64,000 nt of DNA, taken from Eledone cirrhosa (Eukaryota). Made by a program: the position numbers and the translations under genes. Location of the stretch: NCBI GenBank assembly GCA_964016885.1, contig OZ024744.1:9424001-9488000 (forward strand). The letters are read 5' to 3'. The notes under the pieces are model-generated. The model did not search any database. It was given only the letters and a program-made list of their open reading frames with translations, and had not been told where the DNA came from. This document shows positions 28,401 to 43,908 of this stretch, piece by piece; the stretch's first letter is position 1, and the number at the start of each line of letters is the position of its first letter.

Positions 28401-31400
28401 TAGATGTATGTATTACCTGGTTATGTGTTGTATGTGGTCCTAGATGTATGTATTACCTGCTTGTGTGTTGTATGTGGTCCTAGATGTATGTATTACGTGG
28501 TTATGTGTTGTATGTGGTCCTAGATGTATGTATTACCTGGTTATGTGTTGTATCTGGTCCTAGATATATGTATTACCTGTCTCTATGTAGTATGCGGTCC
28601 TAGATGTATGTGCTACCTGGTTATGTGTTGTATGTGGTCCTAGATGTATGTGCTAGCTGGTTATGTGTTGTATGTGGTCCTAGATGTTTATATTACCTGT
28701 TTTTGTGTTGTATGTGGTCCTAGATGTATGTATTACCTGCTTGTGTGTTGTATGTGGTCCTAGATGTGTGTATTACCTGATTATGTGTTGTATGTGGTCC
28801 TAGATGTATGTATTACCTGCTTGTGTGTTGTATGTGGTCCTAGATGTATGTATTACCTGGTTATGTGTTGTATGTGGTCCTAGATGTATGTATTACCTGC
28901 TTGTGTGTTGTATGTGGTCCTAGATGTATGTATTACCTGCCTGTGTGTTGTATGTGGTCCTAGATGAATGTATTACCTGGTTATGTGTTGTATGTGGTCC
29001 TAGATGTATGTATTACCTGCCTGTGTGTTGTATGTAGTCCTAGATGTATGTATTACCTGCCTGTGTGTTGTATGTGGTCCTAGATGTATGTATTACCTGG
29101 TTATGTGTTGTATGTAGTCCTAGATGTATGTATTACCTGGTTATGTGTTGTATGTGGTCCTAGATGTGTGTATTACCTGCCTGTGTGTTGTATGTGGTCC
29201 TAGATGTGTGTATTACCTGCTTGTGTGTTGTATATGGTCCTGGATGTATGTATTACCTGCTTGTGTGATGTATGTGGTCCTAGATGTGTGTATTACCTGG
29301 TTATGTGTTGTATGTAATCCTAGATGTATGTACAACCTGGTTATGTGTTGTATGTGGTTCTAGATGTATGTATTACCTGCTTGTGTGTTGTATGTGGTCC
29401 TAGATGTATGTATTACCAGCCTGTGTGTTGTATGTGGTCCTAGATGTATGTATTACCTTGTTATGTGTTGTATGTGGTCCTAGATGTGTTATTACCTGCT
29501 TGTATGTTATATGTGGTCCTAGATGTGTGTATTACTTGCTTGTGTGTTCTATGTAGTCCTAGATGTATGTATTACCTGCTGGTGTGTTGTATGTGGTCCT
29601 GGATGTATGTATTACCTGCTTGTGTGTTGTATGTGGTTCTAGATGTATGTATTACCTGGTTATGTGTTGTATGTGGTCCTAGATGTATGTATTACCTGGT
29701 TATGTGTTGTATGTAGTCCTCGATGTATGTACTACCTGGTTATGTGTTGTATGTGGTCCTAGATGTATGTATTACCTGCTTGTGTGTTGTATGTGGTCCT
29801 AGATATATGTATTACCTGGTTGTGTGTTCTATGTAGTCCTAGATGTATGTATTACCTGGTTATGTGTTGTATGTAGTCCTAGATGTATGTATTACCTGCT
29901 TGTGTGTTGTATGTGGTCCTAGATATATGTATTACCTGGTTGTGTGTTCTATGTAGTCCTAGATGTATGTATTACTTGGTTATGTGTTGTATGTGGTCCT
30001 AGATGTTGTTATAACCTGTCTGTTGTTGTATGTGGTCCTAGATGTGTGTATTACCTGCTTGTGTGTTGTATGTAGTCCTAGATGTATGTATTACCTGGTT
30101 ATGTGTTGTATGTGGTCCTAGATGTGTTATTACCTGCTTGTATGTTATATGTGGTCCTAGATGTGTGTATTACTTGCTTGTGTGTTCTATGTAGTCCTAG
30201 ATGTATGTATTACCTGGTTATGTGTTGTACGTAGTCATAGATGTATGTATTACTTGGTTATGTGTTGTATGTGGTCCTAGATGTGTGTATTACCTGCTTG
30301 TGTGTCCTAGATTATGTATTACCTGCTTGTGTGTTGTATGTGTTCCTATATGTGTGTATTACCTGCTTGTGTGTTGTATGTAGTCCTAGATGTATGTATT
30401 TCCTGCTGATGTGTTGTATGTGGTCCTAGATGTATGTATTACCTGCTTGTGTGTTGTATGTAGTCCTTGATGTATGTATTACCTGCTTGTGTGTTGTATG
30501 TAGTCCTAGATGTGTGTATTACCTGCTTGTGTGTTGTATGTGGCCCTAGATGTGTGTATTATCTGCTTGTGTGTTGTATGTGGCCCTAGATGTGTGTATT
30601 ACCTGGTTATCTGATGTATGTAGTCCTAGATTATGTATTACCTGCTTGTGTGTTGTATGTGTTCCTATATGTATGTATTACCTGCTTGTGTGTTGTATGT
30701 AGTCATAGATGTGTGTATTACCTGCTTCTGTGTTGTATGTGGCCTTAGATGTGTGTATTACCTGCTTGTGTGTTGTATATGGTCCTAGATGTGTGTATTC
30801 CCTGCTTGTGTGTTGTATGTGGTCCTAGATGTATGTATTACTTGCTTATGTGTTGTATGTGGTCCTAGATGTATGTATTACCTACTGGTGTGTTGTTTGT
30901 GGTCCTAGATGTATGTATTACCTGCCTGTGTGTTGTATGTGGTCCTAGATGTATGTATTACCTACTAGTGTGTTGTATGTGGTCCTAGATGTATGTATTA
31001 CCTGCTTGTGTGTTGTATGTGGTCCAAGATGTATGTATTACCTGGTTATGTGTTGTATGTGGTCCTAGATGTATCTATTACCTGGTTATGTGTTGTATGT
31101 GGTCCTGGATGTATGTATTACCTGCCTGTGTGTTGTATGTGTTTCTAGATGTATGTATTACCTGGTTATGTGTTGTATGTGGTCCTAGATGTATGTATTA
31201 CCTGCTTGTGTGTTGTATTTGGTCCTAGATGTATGTATTACCTGCTTGTGTGTTGTATGTGGTCCTAGATGTATGTATTACCTGCTTGTGTGTTGTATGT
31301 AGTCCTAGATCTATGTATTAACTGCCTGTGTGTTGTATGTAGTCCTAGATGTATGTATTACCTGCCTGTGTGTTGTATGTGGTCCTAGATCTATGTATTA

Positions 31401-34400
31401 CCTGCCTGTGTGTTGTATCTGGTCCTAGATGTATGTATTACCTGCTTGTGTGTTGTATGTAGTCCTAGATGTATGTATTCCCTGCTTGTGTGTTGTATGT
31501 AGTCCTAGATGTATGTATTACCTGCTTGTGTGTTGTATGTGGTCCTAGATGTATGTATTACCTGCTTGTGTGTTGTATGAGGTCCTAGATGTGTGTATTA
31601 CCTGCCTGTGTGTTGTATGTGGTCCTAGATGTATGTATTACCTGCTTGTGTGTTGTATGTAGTCCTAGATGTATGTATTACCTGCTTGCCTTGTGTGTTG
31701 TATGTAGTCCTAGATGTATGTATTACCTGCTTGTGTGTTGTATGTAGTCTTAGGTGTATTTATTACGTGCTTGTGTGCTGTATGTGGTCCTAGATGTGTG
31801 TATTACCTGCTTGTGTGTTGTATGTAGTCCTAGATGTGTGTATTACCTGGTTATGTGTTGTATATTGTCATAGATGTGTGTATTACCTGCTTGTAGTGTT
31901 GTATGTCGTCCTAGATGTATACACTACCTGGTTATGTGTTGTATGTAGTCCTAGATGTGTGTATTACCTGCTTCTTTGTTGTATGTGGTCCTAGATCTAT
32001 GTATTACCTACTGCTGTGTTCTATATTGTCCTAGATGTGTGTATTACCTGCTTGTGTGTTGTATGTAGTCCTAGATGTAAGTATTCCCTGCTTGTGTGTT
32101 GTATGTAGTCCTAGATGTTTGTATTCCCTGCTTGTGTGTTGTATGTAGTCCTAGATGTATGTATTACCTGCTTGCCTTGTGTGTTGTATGTAGTCCTAGA
32201 TCTATGTATTACCTGCCTGTGTGTTGTATGTGGTCCTAGATGTATGTATTACCTGCTTGTGTGTTGTATGTAGTCCTAGATGTATGTATTCCCTGCTTGT
32301 GTGTTGTATGTAGTCCTAGATGTATGTATTACCTGCTTGTGTGTTGTATGTGGTCCTAGATGTGTGTATTACCTGCCTGTGTGTTGTATGTGGTCCTAGA
32401 TGTATGTATTACCTGCTTGTGTGTTGTATGTAGTCCTAGATGTATGTATTACCAGCTTGCCTTGTGTGTTGTATGTAGTCCTAGATGTATGTATTACCTG
32501 CTTGCCTTGTGTGTTGTATGTAGTCCTAGATGTATGTATTACCTGCTTGTGTGTTGTATGTGGTCCTAGATGTGTGTATTACCTGCCTGTGTGTTGTATG
32601 TGGTCCTAGATGTATGTATTACCTGCTTGTGTGCTGTATGTAGTCTTAGGTGTATTTATTACGTGCTTGTGTGTTGTATGTTGTCCTAGATGTGTGTATT
32701 ACCTGCTTGTGTGTTGTATGTAGTCCTAGATGTGTGTATTACTTGCTTGTGTGTTGTATGTAGTCCTAGATGTATATACTACCTGGTTATGTGTTGTATG
32801 TAGTCCTAGATGTGTGTATTACCTGCTTCTTTGTTGTATGTGGTCCTAGATGTATGTATTACTTACTGCTGTGTTCTATATGGTCCTAGATGTGTGTATT
32901 ACCTGCTTGTGTGTTGTATGTGGTCCTAGATGTATGTATTACCTGGTTATGTGTTGTATGTGGTCCTAGATGTATGTATTACCTGGTTATGTGTTGTATC
33001 TGGTCCTAGATATATGTATTACCTGTCTCTGTGTTGTATGTGGTCCTAGATGTATGTGCTAGCTGGTTATGTGTTGTATGTGGTCCTAGATGTATATATT
33101 ACCTGTTTTTGTGTTGTATGTGGTCCTAGATGTATGTATTACCTGCTTGTGTGTTGTATGTGGTCCTAGATGTGTGTATTACCTGATTATGTGTTGTATG
33201 TGGTCCTGGATGTATGTATTACCTGCCTGTGTGTTGTATGTAGTCCTTGATGTATGTATTACCTGGTTATGTGTTGTATGTGGTCCTAGATGTATGTATT
33301 ACCTGCTTGTGTGTTGTATTTGGTCCTAGATGTATGTATTACCTGCTTGTGTGTTGTATGTGGTCCTAGATGTATGTATTACCTGCTTGTGTGTTGTATG
33401 TAGTCCTAGATGTATGTATTACCTACTGGTGTGTTGTATGTGTTCCTAGATGTATGTATTACCTGCCTGTGTGTTGTATGTGGTCCTAGATGTATGTATT
33501 ACCTACTGGTGTGTTGTATGTGGTCCTAGATGTATGTATTACCTGCTTGTGTGTTGTATGTGGTCCTAGATGTATGTATTACCTGGTTATGTGTTGTATG
33601 TGGTCCTAGATGTATCTATTACCTGGTTATGTGTTGTATGTGGTCCTGGATGTATGTGTTACCTGCCTGTGTGTTGTATGTGTTTCTAGATGTATGTATT
33701 ACCTGGTTATGTGTTGTATGTGGTCCTAGATGTATGTATTACCTGCTTGTGTGTTGTATTTGGTCCTAGATGTATGTATTACCTGCTTGTGTGTTGTATG
33801 GGGTCCTAGATGTATGTATTACCTGCTTGTGTGTTGTATGTAGTCCTAGATCTATGTATTACCTGCCTATGTGTTGTATGTAGTCCTAGATGAATGTATT
33901 ACCTGCCTGTGTGTTGTATGTAGTCCTGGATGTATGTATTACCTGCCTGTGTGTTGTATGTCGTCCTAGATGTATGTATTACCTGCCTGTGTGTTGTATG
34001 TGGTCCTAGATCTATGTATTACCTGCCTGTGTGTGGTATGTGTTCCTAGATGTATGTATTACCTGCTTGTGTGTTGTATGTAGTCCTAGATGTATGTATT
34101 CCCTGCTTGTTTGTTGTATGTAGTCCTAGATGTATGTATTCCCTGCTTGTGTGTTGTATGTAGTCCTAGATGTATGTATTACCTGCTTGCCTTGTGTGTT
34201 ATATGTAGTCCTAGATGTATGTATTACCTGCTTGTGTGTTGTATGTAGTCTTAGGTGTATTTATTACGTGCTTGTGTGTTGTATGTAGTCCTAGATGTAT
34301 GTATTACCTGCTTGCCTTGTGTGTTGTATGTAGTCCTAGATCTATGTATTACCTGCCTGTGTGTTGTATGTGGTCCTAGATGTATGTATTACCTGCTTGT

Positions 34401-37400
34401 GTGTTGTATGTAGTCCTAGATGTAAGTATTCCCTGCTTGTGTGTTGTATGTCGTCCTAGATGTATGTTTTACCTGCTTGTGTGTTGTATGTGGTCCTAGA
34501 TGTGTGTATTACCTGCCTGTGTGTTGTATGTGGTCCTAGATGTATGTATTACCTGCTTGTGTGTTGTATGTAGTCCTAGATGTATGTATTACCTGCTTGC
34601 CTTGTGTGTTGTATGTAATCCTAGATGTATGTACTACCTGGTTATGTGTTGTATGTGGTCCTAGATGTATGTATTACCTGCTTGTGTGATGTATGTGGTC
34701 CTAGATGTATGTATTACCTGCCTGTGTGTTGTATGTGGTCCTAGATGTATGTATTACCTGCTTCTGTGTTGTATGTAGTCCTAGATGTATGTATTACCTG
34801 CTTGCCTTGTGTGTTGTATGTAGTCCTAGATGTATGTATTACCTGCTTGTGTGTTGTATGTAGTCTTAGGTGTATTTATTACGTGCTTGTGTGCTGTATG
34901 TGGTCCTAGATGTGTGTATTACCTGCTTGTGTGTTGTATGTAGTCCTAGATGTGTGTATTACCTGGTTATGTGTTGTATATTGTCATAGATGTGTGTATT
35001 ACCTGCTTGTGTGTTGTATGTCGTTCTAGATGTATACACTACCTGGTTATGTGTTGTATGTAGTCCTAGATGTGTGTATTACCTGCTTCTTTGTTGTATG
35101 TGGTCCTAGATCTATGTATTACCTACTGCTGTGTTCTATATTGTCCTAGATGTGTGTATTACCTGCTTGTGTGTTGTATGTAGTCCTAGATGTATGTATT
35201 CCCTGCTTGTGTGTTGTATGTAGTCCTAGATGTATGTATTCCCTGCTTGTGTGTTGTATGTAGTCCTAGATGTATGTATTACCTGCTTGCCTTGTGTGTT
35301 GTATGTAGTCCTAGATGTATGTATTACCTGCTTGTGTGTTGTATGTAGTCTTAGGTGTATTTATTACGTGCTTGTGTGTTGTATGTAGTCCTAGATGTAT
35401 GTATTACCTGCTTGCCTTGTGTGTTGTATGTAGTCCTAGATCTATGTATTACCTGCCTGTGTGTTGTATGTGGTCCTAGATGTATGTATTACCTGCTTGT
35501 GTGTTGTATGTAGTCCTAGATGTATGTATTACCTGCTTGCCTTGTGTGTTGTATGTAGTCCTAGATGTATGTATTACCTGCTTGTGTGCTGTATGTAGTC
35601 TTAGGTGTATTTATTACGTGCTTGTGTGTTGTATGTGGTCCTAGATGTGTGTATTACCTGCTTGTGTGTTGTATGTAGTCCTAGATGTGTGTATTACCTG
35701 GTTATGTGTTGTATATTGTCATAGATGTGTGTATTACCTGCTTGTGTGTTGTATGTGGTCCTAGATGTGTGTATTACCTGCTTGTGTGTTGTATGTAGTC
35801 CTAGATGTGTGTATTACCTGGTTATGTGTTGTATATTGTCATAGATGTGTGTATTACCTGCTTGTGTGTTGTATGTGGTCCTAGATGTATGTATTACCTG
35901 CTTCTTTGTTGTATGTGGTCGTAGATGTATGTATTACCTACTGCTGTGTTGTATATGGTCCTAGTTGTGTGTATTACCTGCTTGTGTGTTGTATGTGGTC
36001 CTAGATGTATGTATTACCTGGTTGTGTGTTCTATGTAGTCCTAGATGTATGTATTACCTGGTTATGTGTTGTATGTGGTCCTAGATGTATGTATTACCTG
36101 TTTCTGTGTTGTACGTGGTCCTAGATGCATGTATTACCTGGTTATGTGTTGTATGTGGTGCTAGATGTATGTATTACCTGGTTATGTGTTGTATGTAGTC
36201 CTAGATGTGTGTATTACGTGGTTATGTGGTGTATGTAGTCCTAGATGTATGTATTACCTGCTTGTGTGTTGTATGTGGTCCTAGATGTATGTATTACTTG
36301 GTTATGTGTTGTATGTGGTCCTAGATGTATGTATTACCTGGTTATGTGTTGTATGTGGTCCTAGATGTGTTATTACCTGCTTGTATGTTATATGTGGTCC
36401 TAGATGTGTGTATTACTTGCTTGTGTGTTCTATGTAGTCCTAGATGTATGTATTACCTGCTGGTGTGTTGTATGTGGTCCTGGATGTATGTATTACCTGC
36501 TTGTGTGTTGTATGTGGTTCTAGATGTATGTATTACCTGGTTATGTGTTGTATGTGGTCCTAGATGTATGTATTACCTGCTTGTGTGTTGTATGTGGTCC
36601 TAGATGTATGTGCTACCTGGTTATGTGTTGTATGCGGTCCTAGATGTATGTATTACCTGCTTGTGTGTTCTATGTGGTCCTGGATGTATGTATTACCTGG
36701 TTATGTGTTGTATGTGATCCTAGATGTGTGTATTACCTGCCTGTGTGTTGTATGTGGTCCTAGATGTATGTATTACCGGGTTGTGTGTTCTATGTGGTCC
36801 TAGATGTATGTATTACCTGCTTGTGTGTTGTATGTAGTCCTAGATGTATATATTACCTGGTTATGTGTTGTATGTGTTCCTAGATGTATGTATTACCTGC
36901 TTGTGTGTTGTATGTGGTCCTAGATGTATGTATTACCTGGTTATGTGTTGTATCTGGTCCTAGATGTATGTATTACCTGTGTCTGTGTTGTATGTGGTCC
37001 TAGATGTATGTGCTACCTGGTTATGTGTTGTATGTGGTCCTAGATGTATGTGCTTGCTGGTTATGTGTTGTATGTGGTCCTAGATGTATATATTACCTGT
37101 TTTTGTGTTGTATGTGGTCCTAGATGTATGTATTACCTGCTTGTGTGTTGTATGTGGTCCTAGATGTGTGTATTACCTGATTATGTGTTGTATGTGGTCC
37201 TAGATGTATGTATTACCTGCTTGTGTGTTGTATGTGGTCCTAGATGTATGTATTACCTGCCTGTGTTTTGTATGTGGTCCGAGATGTATGTATTACCTGG
37301 TTATGTGTTGTATGTGGTCCTAGATGTGTTATTACCTGCTTGTATGTCTTATGTGGTCCTAGATGTGTGTATTACTTGCTTGTGTGTTCTATGTAGTCCT

Positions 37401-40400
37401 AGATGTATGTATTACCTGCTGGTGTGTTGTATGTGGTCCTGGATTATGTATTACCTGCTTGTGTGTTGTATGTGGTTCTAGATGTATGTATTACCTGGTT
37501 ATGTGTTGTATGTGGTCCTAGATGTATGTATTACCTGGTTATGTGTTGTATGTAATCCTAGATGTATGTACTACCTGGTTATGTGTTGTATGTGGTCCTA
37601 GATGTATGTATTACCTGCTTGTGTGTTGTATGTGGTCCTAGATGTATGTATTACCTGGTTGTGTGTTCTATGTAGTCCTAGATGTATGTATTACCTGGTT
37701 ATGTGTTGTATGTAGTACTAGATGTGTGTATTACCTGGTTATGTGGTGTATGTAGTCCTAGATGTATGTATTACCTGCTTGTGTGTTGTATGTGGTCCTA
37801 GATGTATGTATTACTTGGTTATGTGTTGTATGTGGTCCTAGATGTTGTTATAACCTGTCTGTTGTTGTATGTGGTCCTAGATGTGTGTATTACTTGCTTG
37901 TGTGTTCTATGTAGTCCTAGATGTATGTATTACCTGGTTATGTGTTGTATGTAGTCATAGATGTATCTATTACTTGGTTATGTGTTGTATGTGGTCCTAG
38001 ATGTGTGTATTACCTGCTTGTGTGTCCTAGATTATGTATTACCTGCTTATGTGTTGTATGTGTTCCTATATGTGTGTATTACCTGCTTGTGTGTTTTATG
38101 TAGTCCTAGATGTATGTATTACCTGCTTGTGTGTTGTATGTGGTCCTAGATGTATGTATTACCTGCTTGTGTGTTGTATGTAGTCCTTGATGTATGTATT
38201 ACCTGCTTGTGTGTTGTATGTAGTCCTAGATGTGTGTATTACCTGCTTGTGTGTTGTATGTGGCCCTAGATGTGTGTATTACCTGCTTGTGTGTTGTATG
38301 TGGCCCTAGATGTGTGTATTACCTGGTTATGTGTTGTATGTGGCCTTAGATGTGTGTATTACCTGCTTGTGTGTTGTATGTGGTCCTAGATGTGTTTATT
38401 CCCTGCTTGTGTGTTGAATGTGGTCCTAGATGTATGTATTACCTGCTTATGTGTTGTATGTAGTCCTTGATGTATGTATTACCTGCTTGTATGTTGTATG
38501 TAGTCCTAGATGTGTGTATTACCTGCTTGTGTGTTGTATGTGGCCCTAGATGTGTGTATTACCTGCTTGTGTGTTGTATGTGGCCCTAGATGTGTGTATT
38601 ACCTGGTTATGTGTTATATGTGGCCTTAGATGTGTGTATTACCTGCTTGTGTGTTGTATGTGGTCCTAGATGTGTTTATTCCCTGCTTGTGTGTTGAATG
38701 TGGTCCTAGATGTATGTATTACCTACTGGTGTGTTGTATGTGGTCCTAGATGTATGTATTACCTGGTTATGTGTTGTATGTAGTCCTAGATGTATGTATC
38801 ACCTGGTTATGTGTTGTATGTGGTCCTAGATGTGTGTATTACCTGGTTGTGTGTTGTATGTGGTCCTAGATGTATGTATTACCTGCTTGTGTGTTGTATG
38901 TGGTCATAGATGTATGTGCTACCTGGTTATGTGTTGTATGTGGTCCTAGATGTATGTATTACCTGCTTGTGTGTTCTATGTGGTCCTGGATGTATGTATT
39001 ACCTGGTTATGTGTTGTATGTGGTCCTAGATGTGTGTATTACCTGCCTGTGTGTTGTATGTGGTCCTAGATGTATTTATTACCTGGTTGTGTGTTCTATG
39101 TGGTCCTAGATGTATGTATTACCTGCTTGTGTGTTGTATGTAGTCCTAGATGTATGTATTACCTGGTTATGTGTTGTATGTGGTCCTAGATGTATGTATT
39201 ACCTGCTTGTGTGTTGTATGTGGTCCTAGATGTATGTATTACGTGGTTATGTGTTGTATGTGGTCCTAGATGTATGTATTACCTGGTTATGTGTTGTATC
39301 TGGTCCTAGATATATGTATTACCTGTCTCTATGTAGTATGCGGTCCTAGATGTATGTGCTACCTGGTTATGTGTTGTATGTGGTCCTAGATGTATGTGCT
39401 AGCTGGTTATGTGTTGTATGTGGTCCTAGATGTTTATATTACCTGTTTTTGTGTTGTATGTGGTCCTAGATGTATGTATTACCTGCTTGTGTGTTGTATG
39501 TGGTCCTAGATGTGTGTATTACCTGATTATGTGTTGTATGTGGTCCTAGATGTATGTATTACCTGCTTGTGTGTTGTATGTGGTCCTAGATGTATGTATT
39601 ACCTGGTTATGTGTTGTATGTGGTCCTAGATGTATGTATTACCTGCTTGTGTGTTGTATGTGGTCCTAGATGTATGTATTACCTGCCTGTGTGTTGTATG
39701 TGGTCCTAGATGAATGTATTACCTGGTTATGTGTTGTATGTGGTCCTAGATGTATGTATTACCTGCCTGTGTGTTGTATGTAGTCCTAGATGTATGTATT
39801 ACCTGCCTGTGTGTTGTATGTGGTCCTAGATGTATGTATTACCTGGTTATGTGTTGTATGTAGTCCTAGATGTATGTATTACCTGGTTATGTGTTGTATG
39901 TGGTCCTAGATGTGTGTATTACCTGCCTGTGTGTTGTATGTGGTCCTAGATGTGTGTATTACCTGCTTGTGTGTTGTATATGGTCCTGGATGTATGTATT
40001 ACCTGCTTGTGTGATGTATGTGGTCCTAGATGTGTGTATTACCTGGTTATGTGTTGTATGTAATCCTAGATGTATGTACAACCTGGTTATGTGTTGTATG
40101 TGGTTCTAGATGTATGTATTACCTGCTTGTGTGTTGTATGTGGTCCTAGATGTATGTATTACCAGCCTGTGTGTTGTATGTGGTCCTAGATGTATGTATT
40201 ACCTGGTTATGTGTTGTATGTGGTCCTAGATGTGTTATTACCTGCTTGTATGTTATATGTGGTCCTAGATGTGTGTATTACTTGCTTGTGTGTTCTATGT
40301 AGTCCTAGATGTATGTATTACCTGCTGGTGTGTTGTATGTGGTCCTGGATGTATGTATTACCTGCTTGTGTGTTGTATGTGGTTCTAGATGTATGTATTA

Positions 40401-43400
40401 CCTGGTTATGTGTTGTATGTGGTCCTAGATGTATGTATTACCTGGTTATGTGTTGTATGTAGTCCTCGATGTATGTACTACCTGGTTATGTGTTGTATGT
40501 GGTCCTAGATGTATGTATTACCTGCTTGTGTGTTGTATGTGGTCCTAGATATATGTATTACCTGGTTGTGTGTTCTATGTAGTCCTAGATGTATGTATTA
40601 CCTGGTTATGTGTTGTATGTAGTCCTAGATGTATGTATTACCTGCTTGTGTGTTGTATGTGGTCCTAGATATATGTATTACCTGGTTGTGTGTTCTATGT
40701 AGTCCTAGATGTATGTATTACTTGGTTATGTGTTGTATGTGGTCCTAGATGTTGTTATAAACTGTCTGTTGTTGTATGTGGTCCTAGATGTGTGTATTAC
40801 CTGCTTGTGTGTTGTATGTAGTCCTAGATGTATGTATTACCTGGTTATGTGTTGTATGTGGTCCTAGATGTGTTATTACCTGCTTGTATGTTATATGTGG
40901 TCCTAGATGTGTGTATTACTTGCTTGTGTGTTCTATGTAGTCCTAGATGTATGTATTACCTGGTTATGTGTTGTACGTAATCATAGATGTATGTATTACT
41001 TGGTTATGTGTTGTATGTGGTCCTAGATGTGTGTATTACCTGCTTGTGTGTCCTAGATTATGTATTACCTGCTTGTGTGTTGTATGTGTTCCTATATGTG
41101 TGTATTACCTGCTTGTGTGTTGTATGTAGTCCTAGATGTATGTATTTCCTGCTGATGTGTTGTATGTGGTCCTAGATGTATGTATTACCTGCTTGTGTGT
41201 TGTATGTAGTCCTTGATGTATGTATTACCTGCTTGTGTGTTGTATGTAGTCCTAGATGTGTGTATTACCTGCTTGTGTGTTGTATGTGGCCCTAGATGTG
41301 TGTATTATCTGCTTGTGTGTTGTATGTGGCCCTAGATGTGTGTATTACCTGGTTATCTGATGTATGTAGTCCTAGATTATGTATTACCTGCTTGTGTGTT
41401 GTATGTGTTCCTATATGTATGTATTACCTGCTTGTGTGTTGTATGTAGTCATAGATGTGTGTATTACCTGCTTCTGTGTTGTATGTGGCCTTAGATGTGT
41501 GTATTACCTGCTTGTGTGTTGTATATGGTCCTAGATGTGTGTATTCCCTGCTTGTGTGTTGTATGTGGTCCTAGATGTATGTATTACCTGCCTGTGTGTT
41601 GTATGTGGTCCTAGATGTATGTATTACCTACTAGTGTGTTGTATGTGGTCCTAGATGTATGTATTACCTGCTTGTGTGTTGTATGTGGTCCAAGATGTAT
41701 GTATTACCTGGTTATGTGTTGTATGTGGTCCTAGATGTATCTATTACCTGGTTATGTGTTGTATGTGGTCCTGGATGTATGTATTACCTGCCTGTGTGTT
41801 GTATGTGTTTCTAGATGTATGTATTACCTGGTTATGTGTTGTATGTGGTCCTAGATGTATGTATTACCTGCTTGTGTGTTGTATTTGGTCCTAGATGTAT
41901 GTATTACCTGCTTGTGTGTTGTATGTGGTCCTAGATGTATGTATTACCTGCTTGTGTGTTGTATGTAGTCCTAGATCTATGTATTAACTGCCTGTGTGTT
42001 GTATGTAGTCCTAGATGTATGTATTACCTGCCTGTGTGTTGTATGTGGTCCTAGATCTATGTATTACCTGCCTGTGTGTTGTATGTGGTCCTAGATGTAT
42101 GTATTACCTGCTTGTGTGTTGTATGTGGTCCTAGATGTATGTATTACCTGCTTGTGTGTTGTATGTAGTCCTAGATGTATGTATTACCTGCTTGCCTTGT
42201 GTGTTGTATGTAGTCCTAGATGTATGTATTACCTGCTTGTGTGTTGTATGTAGTCTTAGGTGTATTTATTACGTGCTTGTGTGCTGTATGTGGTCCTAGA
42301 TGTGTGTATTACCTGCTTGTGTGTTGTATGTAGTCCTAGATGTGTGTATTACCTGGTTATGTGTTGTATATTGTCATAGATGTGTGTATTACCTGCTTGT
42401 AGTGTTGTATGTCGTCCTAGATGTATACACTACCTGGTTATGTGTTGTATGTAGTCCTAGATGTGTGTATTACCTGCTTCTTTGTTGTATGTGGTCCTAG
42501 ATCTATGTATTACCTACTGCTGTGTTCTATATTGTCCTAGATGTGTGTATTACCTGCTTGTGTGTTGTATGTAGTCCTAGATGTAAGTATTCCCTGCTTG
42601 TGTGTTGTATGTAGTCCTAGATGTTTGTATTCCCTGCTTGTGTGTTGTATGTAGTCCTAGATGTATGTATTACCTGCTTGCCTTGTGTGTTGTATGTAGT
42701 CCTAGATCTATGTATTACCTGCCTGTGTGTTGTATGTGGTCCTAGATGTATGTATTACCTGCTTGTGTGTTGTATGTAGTCCTAGATGTATGTATTCCCT
42801 GCTTGTGTGTTGTATGTAGTCCTAGATGTATGTATTACCTGCTTGTGTGTTGTATGTGGTCCTAGATGTGTGTATTACCTGCCTGTGTGTTGTATGTGGT
42901 CCTAGATGTATGTATTACCTGCTTGTGTGTTGTATGTAGTCCTAGATGTATGTATTACCAGCTTGCATTGTGTGTTGTATGTAGTCCTAGATGTATGTAT
43001 TACCTGCTTGCCTTGTGTGTTGTATGTAGTCCTAGATGTATGTATTACCTGCTTGTGTGTTGTATGTGGTCCTAGATGTGTGTATTACCTGCCTGTGTGT
43101 TGTATGTGGTCCTAGATGTATGTATTACCTGCTTGTGTGCTGTATGTAGTCTTAGGTGTATTTATTACGTGCTTGTGTGTTGTATGTTGTCCTAGATGTG
43201 TGTATTACCTGCTTGTGTGTTGTATGTAGTCCTAGATGTGTGTATTACTTGCTTGTGTGTTGTATGTAGTCCTAGATGTATATACTACCTGGTTATGTGT
43301 TGTATGTAGTCCTAGATGTGTGTATTACCTGCTTCTTTGTTGTATGTGGTCCTAGATGTATGTATTACCTACTGCTGTGTTCTATATGGTCCTAGATGTG

Positions 43401-43908
43401 TGTATTACCTGCTTGTGTGTTGTATGTGGTCCTAGATGTATGTATTACCTGGTTATGTGTTGTATGTGGTCCTAGATGTATGTATTACCTGGTTATGTGT
43501 TGTATCTGGTCCTAGATATATGTATTACCTGTCTCTGTGTTGTATGTGGTCCTAGATGTATGTGCTAGCTGGTTATGTGTTGTATGTGGTCCTAGATGTA
43601 TATATTACCTGTTTTTGTGTTGTATGTGGTCCTAGATGTATGTATTACCTGCTTGTGTGTTGTATGTGGTCCTAGATGTGTGTATTACCTGATTATGTGT
43701 TGTATGTGGTCCTGGATGTATGTATTACCTGCCTGTGTGTTGTATGTAGTCCTTGATGTATGTATTACCTGGTTATGTGTTGTATGTGGTCCTAGATGTA
43801 TGTATTACCTGCTTGTGTGTTGTATTTGGTCCTAGATGTATGTATTACCTGCTTGTGTGTTGTATGTGGTCCTAGATGTATGTATTACCTGCTTGTGTGT
43901 TGTATGTA
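22458..43908. repeat. Recent ~10.9-kb tandem block duplication inside the satellite (copy 1 ~22458-33402, copy 2 ~33403-43908)
   Basis: Near-identical ORF-track peptides recur at offset 10945 (22585/33530, 25380/36325, 26219/37164), then at 10826, 10746, 10666 and 10506. Rare variants are shared by both copies: TATGGGGTCC ~22855/33800, GGTCGTAG ~24975/35920, GTACTAG ~26771/37716, CCTCGATG ~29720/40466, TTATCTGATG ~30610/41356. Confidence 0.93.
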
